This document shows, one piece after another, positions 1-6,778 of a stretch of 24,000 nucleotides of DNA. Position 1 is the stretch's first letter. Every line of letters begins with the position of its first letter. A program made the position numbers and the translations under genes. The notes beneath the pieces were generated by a model. It was not told where the DNA came from, ran no database searches, and saw only the letters and a list, made by a program, of their open reading frames with translations. Source of the stretch: an uncultured Phycisphaerales bacterium (lineage in GTDB: Bacteria > Planctomycetota > Phycisphaerae > Tepidisphaerales > Tepidisphaeraceae); the NCBI GenBank assembly GCA_937982565.1, contig CALJLN010000010.1:22945-46944 (forward strand). The letters run 5' to 3'.

Positions 1-5
1 GCGCG

Positions 6-911
6 ATGAACCTTGTATCCAACAAACCATTTGCCGGCCTCGAAGGATTTGTCGGCGAACATGTTTCGCTCCGCGCGCATACCTGGTATCGCATCGGCGG
101 ACCGGCCCGGTACTTCGTCACGCCTCGCAACACCGAAGAATTGCAGGAGGCGGTGCGACGGTGCAATGAGAACTCGGTCCCGATCTATGTGCTGGGCCTC
201 GGCGCTAATCTGCTGGTGCAGGACAGCGGCGTCGATGGCGCCGTGTTTCGCTTAAGCGACGAATTCTGGCGGCGGGTAAGTTTCGACAAGACGACCGTGG
301 AAGTGGGCGCGGGCGTGGACATGCAAAAACTGCTGCTACGCACCTGCCGACAGGGCTTGGCTGGCATCGAGTGCCTCGCCGGTATCCCCGGCACCGTCGG
401 CGGCGGGGTTCGGATGAATGCGGGAGGTAAATTTGGTGACTTTGGTGCGGTGATTCACCGAGTCAGCGTGATGGATGGCGAGGGTAACATTTTTGACCGC
501 ACTAAAGACGATCTGGTCTTTGAATACCGCAAGACAAACATCGCGGCCCGCTTCATTTTGAATGCCACACTCGAACTTGATGAAGACGATCCCGAAAAGA
601 TCATGAAGCGAACTAAGGAAATCTGGTTCTATAAACGTAATACCCAGCCGCTGAACACGAAGAACTGCGGCTGTGTTTTCAAGAACCCGCGAGGCCTCAG
701 CGCCGGAGCACTCATCGATCAGGCGAGGCTAAAGGGCATGCGTGTCGGCAACGCCGAAGTGAGCGACAAGCATGCCAACTTCATCATCGCCCATCCCGAT
801 TGCGCCAGCGACGATGTAATGAAACTAATCAAGCTGATTAAGGAAAAGGTGTTCGAGCGGAACCAGATCGAGATGGAAACAGAAGTTCAGATTTGGCCGT
901 TCGAGCGGTAA
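6..911 (+). CDS. murB: UDP-N-acetylenolpyruvoylglucosamine reductase (MurB)
   Basis: 301-aa ORF. The N-terminal part looks like an FAD-binding PCMH-type region (YRIGGPARYF, VLGLGANLLV, GIPGTVGG). The C-terminal part carries MurB-like motifs (CGCVFKNP, GNAEVSDKHANFIIA). It sits in a dcw context with ddl and ftsQ downstream. Confidence 0.9.
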   Translation: MNLVSNKPFAGLEGFVGEHVSLRAHTWYRIGGPARYFVTPRNTEELQEAVRRCNENSVPIYVLGLGANLLVQDSGVDGAVFRLSDEFWRRVSFDKTTVEVGAGVDMQKLLLRTCRQGLAGIECLAGIPGTVGGGVRMNAGGKFGDFGAVIHRVSVMDGEGNIFDRTKDDLVFEYRKTNIAARFILNATLELDEDDPEKIMKRTKEIWFYKRNTQPLNTKNCGCVFKNPRGLSAGALIDQARLKGMRVGNAEVSDKHANFIIAHPDCASDDVMKLIKLIKEKVFERNQIEMETEVQIWPFER

Positions 912-977
912 CCCCGACCAAGCTTGCGATTGAATATCTCGCCGGGACGCCGCTTTTACTGAGTTGATCAGGGCCGC

Positions 978-1706
978 ATGCCGCCGCAAAACCACCCTCA
1001 AGATTCTGTCGAGTCACTGGTTGCGATGATGGACGCGTTTGCGTCGAGTCACTTCCGTGATCTGGTCTCGGTCGCCGACATCACCGCCGCCGCCGGGCTA
1101 AGCGCGGGATATGGGGCGACGTTGTTTCGCCGACAGACCGGAAAGACGCTGGTCGGCCGACTGACCGAGCTTCGCGTGCACCACGCCGAGCGTCTTCTGG
1201 CTGGCACCCGGATGACGGTTCTTGAAGTGGCGATGCAAAGCGGCTTTGGGTCGCTCAGCCGGTTCTATGAGGCTTTTACCCAGGTCACCGGTATGCGCCC
1301 GCGTGAGGTGCGCGGCCCTCTGCCGACTCACCGCTCGCCGGGCACGACCTTTCATGCGATCTGGGTTGATGACCGCCCGCTGAACAACGTCATCGAACGA
1401 CGCTGCCTTGCGGAGATAGGCATCGTCGTCGATAGCTATCAAAACAACTTCGACGCGCTTGGCGCCATGAAACTCGCCCACTACCACGTCGTCGTCAGCG
1501 ACATCCATCGCGACGCGCCCGCCGAAAGCGGCTGGTCATTGCTTCGCGCTGTCAAACACATTCGCGCTGACATACCGTTCTTCTTCTACACCGGGTTTGT
1601 GGACGTGCCGAGGCGACGCCAGGCGCAGCACCGCGGCGCCACCGGGATGTTTACCCGACCACGCCAATTGTTCGACGCAGTATTGCGCGTTGTCGGGCAG
1701 ACCTGA
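978..1706 (+). CDS. AraC-family HTH regulator with a C-terminal receiver (REC)-like domain
   Basis: Residues ~15-112 match the two-HTH AraC DNA-binding pattern (LSAGYGATLFRRQTGKTLVGRLTELRVHHAERLL...VAMQSGFGSLSRFYEAFTQVTGMRPREVR). Residues ~125-240 have CheY-like landmarks at CheY-like spacing: VDD (D131/D132), VVVSD (D175), FFFYTG (T205) and FTRP (R227-P228, where CheY has K-P). Confidence 0.6.
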   Translation: MPPQNHPQDSVESLVAMMDAFASSHFRDLVSVADITAAAGLSAGYGATLFRRQTGKTLVGRLTELRVHHAERLLAGTRMTVLEVAMQSGFGSLSRFYEAFTQVTGMRPREVRGPLPTHRSPGTTFHAIWVDDRPLNNVIERRCLAEIGIVVDSYQNNFDALGAMKLAHYHVVVSDIHRDAPAESGWSLLRAVKHIRADIPFFFYTGFVDVPRRRQAQHRGATGMFTRPRQLFDAVLRVVGQT

Positions 1707-1738
1707 GAAAACCGGAAGTGCTTGAAGCGAAAACCGGA
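1707..1738 (+). promoter_or_regulatory. Exact 10-nt direct repeat GAAAACCGGA x2, a candidate operator upstream of the PEP-CTERM gene
   Basis: GAAAACCGGA occurs at 1707-1716 and 1729-1738, a 22-bp centre-to-centre spacing (about two helical turns). It lies immediately after the AraC-like stop codon and ~75-105 bp upstream of the 1814 start. The function is inferred only. Confidence 0.25.
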
Positions 1739-1813
1739 CGACTGCACACCCGCACATTTGTATCCTTCATGCTATTGTTGCGTTCAAAACTCGTCTTTTA
1801 CATGAGGTGATCT

Positions 1814-2575
1814 ATGTCTCGGCTTCATTGCAAACCGATGTCCATCCTTGCCGCACTTTCCGGCATCCTGCTGCCATCGAGCGTCGCGCTCGCAGCTCCA
1901 GTGCCGCTTGCCTCGTTCGTTGAAAGCGGCGGAACCAACGATCATCTGCCCGAGTCCATCAGTTTTGACGAGTCGTTTTCAGATGACTCTGGTAACGCGT
2001 GGCAGGTCGCTTGGCAGGTCATCACCACCGCAGGCAACAAACCCTCCGTGGACATCACAGCCGACCTCAATGTCCAGGGCACTTTCCTCGGCCCCCCAGT
2101 CCAGGTCTTTGGCAACACGACCTATTTCTTTCGATTCGACGGAGAGGTGCCAGACCCTGATCTGCCAATCCCGGTTCGCATCTTTGCCGCCGCCGAAGTC
2201 AGTGCCTCGGGCAGCGGTCGCGCGCAGGCGTTCGCCCGATATTGGGATGATGCGAGCCACCCCACCAGCCCGGCCTTTGCATCGGCATCCGCAGGTTTTC
2301 CTGACACACCGGCCAGTGACGGGTTCGATGTCGTCCACCAAGATGTTGCCCGCCTCGGCGTGATTGGGGCAGTGAACTACCTCGGCAGAGGATTTTTTGT
2401 TGACAATGCCGACGGTGAGTTCCAGATCGTGGTTGATCCCGTGATAGAAGTCGATCCGTCGTATCCGTATGCGGACCTGATCACACTCACACTAAGTGAG
2501 AACATTCCTGAACCGAGTGGGGTTGCATTTCTCGGATTCTGCGCTGGCTTCGTCGCACTTCGACGGCGATTCTGA
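1814..2575 (+). CDS. Secreted PEP-CTERM sorting-domain protein
   Basis: There is an N-terminal signal peptide (MSILAALSGILLPSSVALAAP). The C-terminus reads IPEPSGVAFLGFCAGFVALRRRF, i.e. a PEP motif, a hydrophobic helix and a basic tail. A GAGGTG Shine-Dalgarno lies 5 nt upstream of the ATG at 1814. Confidence 0.7.
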   Translation: MSRLHCKPMSILAALSGILLPSSVALAAPVPLASFVESGGTNDHLPESISFDESFSDDSGNAWQVAWQVITTAGNKPSVDITADLNVQGTFLGPPVQVFGNTTYFFRFDGEVPDPDLPIPVRIFAAAEVSASGSGRAQAFARYWDDASHPTSPAFASASAGFPDTPASDGFDVVHQDVARLGVIGAVNYLGRGFFVDNADGEFQIVVDPVIEVDPSYPYADLITLTLSENIPEPSGVAFLGFCAGFVALRRRF

Positions 2576-2631
2576 AGCGTTCCAGAACATGTCGTGTTGC
2601 CGAGCGGCGGTCTTGCGGTAGATTCACTCCC

Positions 2632-3534
2632 ATGCAAATTACCGTTCTCCGCGGCGGGCCGAGTGCCGAACGCGAAATTTCTCTGATCAGCGGGGCCGCC
2701 GTTGCTGATGGGCTGCGACAGGCCGGGCATGTCGTCTTTGAATCGGACATTTCGCCGACCGAACTTTCCGGCCTGGATCACCCCGCCGATGTCATTTTTC
2801 CGGTGCTTCATGGCGCATTTGGTGAAAGTGGCGAGTTGCAGGAGATACTCGAACAGCGGCGGTTGCGGTTTGTCGGTTCAGGCAGCCGGGCCTCGCGTAT
2901 TGGAATCGACAAGATTGCCACCAAGGAAGTCTGGAAGGCCTCTGGCCTGCCAACCCCCGCATGGAACACGGTCCGCCGGGGTGAGACTTATCCGACGATT
3001 GACGGGCCATGCGTGGTCAAAGCCATCGGCAGCGGGAGCAGCATTGACGTCTTTGTCTGCAAAGCGCCCGCCGAAGCCCCCGCCAACGCTTCGGCAGCGC
3101 TGGCACAGGTGCTGGCGCGACACGATCGCGCGCTCGTTGAACAATTCATCAATGGCATAGAGTTAACCGTCGGTATTCTCGAAGACCGCGCACTGGCGCC
3201 AATCCGAATCGTGCCGAAGTCGGAGTTCTTTGATTTTGAGGCGAAGTACAAGAGCTCGGAGACTGAACACCGATTCGAGACCGGCCTGCCCAGTGATGTC
3301 GTGAAGTTGGTGCAGGACTTGGCGTTTGATGCGCATAACGTGGTTGGCTGTCGAGACTTATCGCGTGTCGATGTCATCGTGGACAATCAGAACAGGCCGT
3401 ATTTGATTGAGATCAATACCCTCCCCGGCTTCACTCCAAAGAGCCTGCTTCCCGAGGCGGCAGCGCACGCAGGGATTCCTTTCGCTGCGCTGGTCGACCG
3501 CCTCGCCCGCGGGGCGCTGGCGCGGGAGCAATAG
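2632..3534 (+). CDS. ddl: D-alanine--D-alanine ligase
   Basis: 300-aa ORF starting MQITVLRGGPSAEREISLISG. It has an ATP-grasp core (DKIATKEVWKASGLPTP, VVKAIGSGSSIDV) and a C-terminal LIEINTLPGFT motif. Its position between murB and ftsQ fits. Confidence 0.9.
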   Translation: MQITVLRGGPSAEREISLISGAAVADGLRQAGHVVFESDISPTELSGLDHPADVIFPVLHGAFGESGELQEILEQRRLRFVGSGSRASRIGIDKIATKEVWKASGLPTPAWNTVRRGETYPTIDGPCVVKAIGSGSSIDVFVCKAPAEAPANASAALAQVLARHDRALVEQFINGIELTVGILEDRALAPIRIVPKSEFFDFEAKYKSSETEHRFETGLPSDVVKLVQDLAFDAHNVVGCRDLSRVDVIVDNQNRPYLIEINTLPGFTPKSLLPEAAAHAGIPFAALVDRLARGALAREQ

Positions 3535-3622
3535 ATAAAGAAACTCGCTGCGAGCGTCCGATAACCACTTGGGATATCGTCTGAACGCGCTGCGCGCATT
3601 ACTCGCGCATAGACTCATTTGT

Positions 3623-4540
3623 ATGGCAAGAAAGCCGGTCAAAACTTCTGCTAAACCCGTCTCGTCGAACTCTTTGGCGACACGGAAGATTCTCTACCAC
3701 TTTACCGGCGCAATGATCTTCCTCGCGGTGCTCGCGATGGCGTTTTGGTTTGCGCGGCGAGAAGTGTCTCTCAGGCTGGCTTATGCGCCCGACCCGCCCG
3801 TGGTAGTGTTTCGTGATCGACCGGCTTGGATGACCGACGAGATTGCCGAGAGCCTCGCACGATCGGTTCGCCCGCTGCGAGGAAGTTCGGCGTTTGATGA
3901 CCGCGTCCTCGCCGACTGTGCTCGCGTTCTCGGTGCCAGCCCGTGGGTCCGGCAGGTCAAATCGATTCGCCGGGCCTACCACTCGCGTCCGGGCGATCTG
4001 ATCGAGATCGAGTGCGACTTTCGAGCGCCGATGGCAATGGTGCGCTGGCAGGATTACTTCTGGCTGATTGATTCTGACGGCTACAAACTCCCCGAGCAAT
4101 ACACCGCCGAACAGGCCGCAGACCTGGTGCTGGATAACGAGCGTCGTCCACACTTACGGATCATTGATGGCGTGGCGCACGCGCCGGTGGAATCAGGCCA
4201 GCAGTGGCCAGGTGCCGACCTGGCCGCAGGACTAGAGCTGGCGCGGCTCCTCTTCGGCCAGCGCTACGTCGACGAGATTGTGAAGATCGACATTAGCAAC
4301 TTCTCGGGGCGGATTGACCCGCGCGAGGCGCATCTGACCCTGGTGACCCGCGATGGCACTGAGGTTCGATGGGGGCGACCAATCAGCGCGAAAGACGCCT
4401 TCATTGAAATTGCCCCGGCAAAGAAACTTGAAGCAATGCAGCAGATTTTCACCACGTTTAATCGGGTCGATGCGGGCCAGCCGTGGGTGGACATTCGCTT
4501 TGACAAAGTCACCTACCCCGCGGCTGCAGGGACGCAGTGA
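3623..4540 (+). CDS. ftsQ: Cell division protein FtsQ-like (bitopic, POTRA domain)
   Basis: The protein has a short basic N-terminal tail, one TM helix (ILYHFTGAMIFLAVLAMAFWF) and a POTRA-like segment (WVRQVKSIRRAYHSRPGDLIEIECDFRAPMAMVRWQDYFWLIDSDGYKL). It sits directly after ddl. The ORF opens at 3569; the ATG at 3623 (MARKPVKT) is the more plausible start. Confidence 0.7.
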   Translation: MARKPVKTSAKPVSSNSLATRKILYHFTGAMIFLAVLAMAFWFARREVSLRLAYAPDPPVVVFRDRPAWMTDEIAESLARSVRPLRGSSAFDDRVLADCARVLGASPWVRQVKSIRRAYHSRPGDLIEIECDFRAPMAMVRWQDYFWLIDSDGYKLPEQYTAEQAADLVLDNERRPHLRIIDGVAHAPVESGQQWPGADLAAGLELARLLFGQRYVDEIVKIDISNFSGRIDPREAHLTLVTRDGTEVRWGRPISAKDAFIEIAPAKKLEAMQQIFTTFNRVDAGQPWVDIRFDKVTYPAAAGTQ

Positions 4541-5169
4541 CATCCTCAGTCCGCCACAATTCAAGACATGCGGGCGACACATTTCCCCCTGCCGCAACGA
4601 TCAGTTTCTGGATCGTGGTCCACACCCTCACAATCGCTTGCAGTGAGTCGGGTCTGTCTGCGCCGGTCGGTACAAATCTGCCGTGGTCGCCTTCGGTGAT
4701 GCTGCTTGGCATGCAGATTCTGGTCAGCGGGCTGATCTTTCCTTCACTGCTGCGAACATGGCGTGGCTTGGCACTCGCCAGCGCGGTTGCGGTCCCGTTT
4801 CTGGCAATATCAGGCCGGTCGGCGGGAACTCCGGTACTGCTGCAACTGGGTGAGTGGGGCTTCCTGACGGCGTGGTTGGTTGCGCTTCATCCGTGGGCCG
4901 CTCTCGCCGGACGGCGAAACTGTCGACTGAACGCAGCCGCCGCCGGCGCGCTTTTTACGCTCGGATTGCCCCTGCTCCTGTACGCAATGCTCGATTTCCG
5001 CGGCACTTCTCCGGCGACAAACCTGCTCGGCTTGCACCCGTTGCTCGCCATCAATGGCTTCTCATTCCTCCACTTACCACCACCACAGATATGGGCGGTT
5101 TTGCTGGGAATCTGCGTGATTGGCGGGGTATCGGCATTCTATAGCCGCAGTGCGCCCAGAGACTCATAG
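4537..5169 (+). CDS. Hypothetical polytopic inner-membrane protein (6-7 predicted TM helices), family not recognised
   Basis: The GTG start at 4537 overlaps the ftsQ TGA stop (GTGA). The third-codon-position G/C bias resembles neighbouring genes. Hydrophobic segments recur (MLLGMQILVSGLIFPSLL, LALASAVAVPFLAI, WGFLTAWLVALHPWAAL, GALFTLGLPLLLYAML, LLGLHPLLAINGFSFL, IWAVLLGICVIGGVSAF). The start is uncertain; an internal ATG (MLLGMQ) is possible. Confidence 0.5.
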   Translation: MTSSVRHNSRHAGDTFPPAATISFWIVVHTLTIACSESGLSAPVGTNLPWSPSVMLLGMQILVSGLIFPSLLRTWRGLALASAVAVPFLAISGRSAGTPVLLQLGEWGFLTAWLVALHPWAALAGRRNCRLNAAAAGALFTLGLPLLLYAMLDFRGTSPATNLLGLHPLLAINGFSFLHLPPPQIWAVLLGICVIGGVSAFYSRSAPRDS

Positions 5170-5182
5170 CGGTCAAGACAGG

Positions 5183-5191
5183 TTATCCACA
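5183..5191 (+). promoter_or_regulatory. Single perfect DnaA-box 9-mer (TTATCCACA)
   Basis: An exact consensus 9-mer lies in the intergenic region upstream of mraZ. No second box within 1-2 mismatches was seen nearby, so this may be a chance occurrence. Confidence 0.2.
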
Positions 5192-5310
5192 ATTCTCTGG
5201 CTTAAATGGGCCGACTTTTGTGCGTCGAAGGTGCAAAACTCCATTCATCGGCCATTCGCGAAGATTTCCTTCACAGATTCGCGCTGATTTTTGTTTTCCC
5301 GATTGCAAAA

Positions 5311-5334
5311 GTGGCGAAGAGTGGTAAAACGTGT
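5311..5334 (+). promoter_or_regulatory. Candidate MraZ operator: three direct repeats at exact 10-bp phasing
   Basis: The sequence reads caaaaGTGGcgaagaGTGGtaaaacGTGTcgc, with boxes starting at 5311, 5321 and 5331, 28-51 bp upstream of the mraZ ATG. It overlaps a possible sigma70-like TTGCAA(5303)-16 nt-TAAAAC(5325). This resembles the described MraZ sites: three phased TGGGN repeats in E. coli and AAAGTG[T/G] repeats in Mollicutes (both recalled from memory). Confidence 0.5.
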
Positions 5335-5361
5335 CGCGTCAGATAACGAATTCCAGAGCAG

Positions 5362-5838
5362 ATGAGACATGCGGTTTACATCGGCGAGCACGAACTCACG
5401 ATCGACAGCAAGAATAGAATTCTTGTGCCTTCGGACGTGAAGAAATCGATGGACAAAGATCGTGACGGCGTGGGCTTCTTCTTGGTTTTTGGGCAAAACC
5501 GCAAGCTCTGGCTCTTTGGCGAGAGGTACTATGAAGAGTTAATCGCCCGAGAAGAGCAAAACCTGTCGCCGGAAGCCGAGATGCGGCCCGATGCCAAGAC
5601 GCTGGAGAATTGGCACGCTACTTTCGGCATGGCGAACAAGCTGCGGTGGGATGGGCAAGGCAGGATTCTCATCCCTGAATTGATGCTTCGACGTACGGGA
5701 ACCGGCAGAGACATTACCCTCGTCGGTGTCAGGAATCATTTGGAGATTTGGAACCGCGACGACTGGGAAGTGCGGTTCAATCAGTTGCTTCAAGCTCCCC
5801 AGGTGTCGGCCCACCAGGCCCAGCCGGGGCAAAATTAA
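5362..5838 (+). CDS. mraZ: Transcriptional regulator MraZ
   Basis: 158 aa with two SpoVT/AbrB-like halves, each carrying the D-x-(K/Q)-(N/G)-R-ILxP signature (TIDSKNRILVPSDV and WDGQGRILIPELM). It occupies the canonical first position of the mraZ-rsmH-ftsL-ftsI module. Confidence 0.9.
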   Translation: MRHAVYIGEHELTIDSKNRILVPSDVKKSMDKDRDGVGFFLVFGQNRKLWLFGERYYEELIAREEQNLSPEAEMRPDAKTLENWHATFGMANKLRWDGQGRILIPELMLRRTGTGRDITLVGVRNHLEIWNRDDWEVRFNQLLQAPQVSAHQAQPGQN

Positions 5839-6301
5839 TCTCGGAGTCGTCGCTGAATGCGGTGCCACCCGCTCCGGGCATTCACGACGCAAGCGGTTTA
5901 GCCGGAGAGCGAATCCCGGCCAAAAACCACAAAATTCAGGGTTTACGCAGTAGGGATCGACGGACATATCCCTAGAAATGGGCGACGGCAGAACCGCCAA
6001 GACGGGCAAACAAGCGAGAAGATCCCCAGTCCAGCACCGCCGAAAAAGAAGGAGCGGCCGGTCAGGAGTTGCAAATGAAGCAAAGCTCGCAGTGGGCACG
6101 CCGAAGGATCGACGCGCCAACTGCGAGCCGTGAAGTTACGCGAAAATGGGAAATGCGTTGCGCGATCCCCGCGCCATGCATGTCCACCATGCTGGTGTAA
6201 CTCACTGCCTGAAAACACGTTGCGTGCTGTGTGGTCGTCCCACGGACGGGGCCTTGGGTTGCAGCCCAAGGGTGCACGGATGCCCGACCTCACAGTCTCA
6301 C

Positions 6302-6342
6302 CCAAATCGGGCGACACGGATGTTGCCCGACTTGGTTTTTTT
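6302..6342 (+). terminator. Rho-independent terminator-like hairpin plus T7 tract inside the mraZ-rsmH spacer
   Basis: The 5' arm CCAAATCGGGC (6302-6312), a 12-nt loop and the 3' arm GCCCGACTTGG (6325-6335) give 10 bp plus one A/C mismatch. TTTTTTT follows immediately (6336-6342). There is no matching A-tract upstream, so it is plus-strand specific. Confidence 0.55.
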
Positions 6343-6778
6343 ACCCAGTTTTCGCACCATTTCTGCAGCGCTCGGGTGCGGGCGACCCGATTTTGGTCTG
6401 ACCTTAGACCGTTTTGCGAAAAGACCGCTTAATCGGGCGGCAATTTCCGATCGGCCACACCGAACGGAGTACGCTAACACAGACCCTGCCGCCGTCAATG
6501 GGAGAAACCCTGATAGTCAGACCGCACGGCCAAGATACGTCAAAAACCGGTCCTTGATGGCTGTTAACGCTAGCAAGCAGCAAATCCAAGTGCCGCACGA
6601 CCGGTCCCTAACCCGCGCGGATTGTGGGAATATCGGTCGAGCTACCCGTCGTGGTGCAGGCCTTAAGCTGCAGCTAGCGCGGCGGGTCCAGAGTGGGATA
6701 TCAAACATTCTCCGAACAAACGAGTATCGCACACTACCGGGCGACTTTCAAGAAAAAAATGGTCACAATCCCGAGTTT

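Noticed and set aside
3599-4153. A 184-aa minus-strand ORF opposite ftsQ
   Set aside because: This is an antisense shadow ORF with no motifs. The plus-strand frame has a TM helix plus POTRA-like organisation and the expected synteny.
5170-5361. Possible replication origin because of the perfect DnaA box
   Set aside because: There is only one box, no cluster of near-consensus boxes, no AT-rich unwinding element, and no dnaA, dnaN or gidA context.
5940-6130. Short resemblances to known RNAs in the spacer: GGGATCGACGG (5953-5963) to the tmRNA 5' region, and GGTCAGG...GAAGCA (6060-6082) to SRP RNA domain IV
   Set aside because: There is no matching tRNA-like 3' end (T-arm/ACCA) and no tag ORF ending in Ala-Ala-stop for tmRNA. 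There is no GGAA tetraloop or symmetric loop for SRP. The matches are too short to mean anything without a covariance-model scan.
5539-6317. Minus-strand ORFs of 193 aa and 124 aa (5539-6120 and 5943-6317) that could fill the mraZ-rsmH spacer
   Set aside because: The first overlaps mraZ antisense. Both translate to Arg/Pro/Gly-rich sequence without hydrophobic-core periodicity or motifs, and there is no codon bias. I treat both as spurious.
5980-6745. The heptamer GGGCGAC occurs four times in the mraZ-rsmH spacer (5980, 6309, 6380, 6739)
   Set aside because: The spacing is irregular. The same heptamer, and even GGGCGACAC, also occurs in coding regions of the window (for example near 4571 and 20425). 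It looks like a generally common oligomer (GGC-GAC) rather than a spacer-specific site.
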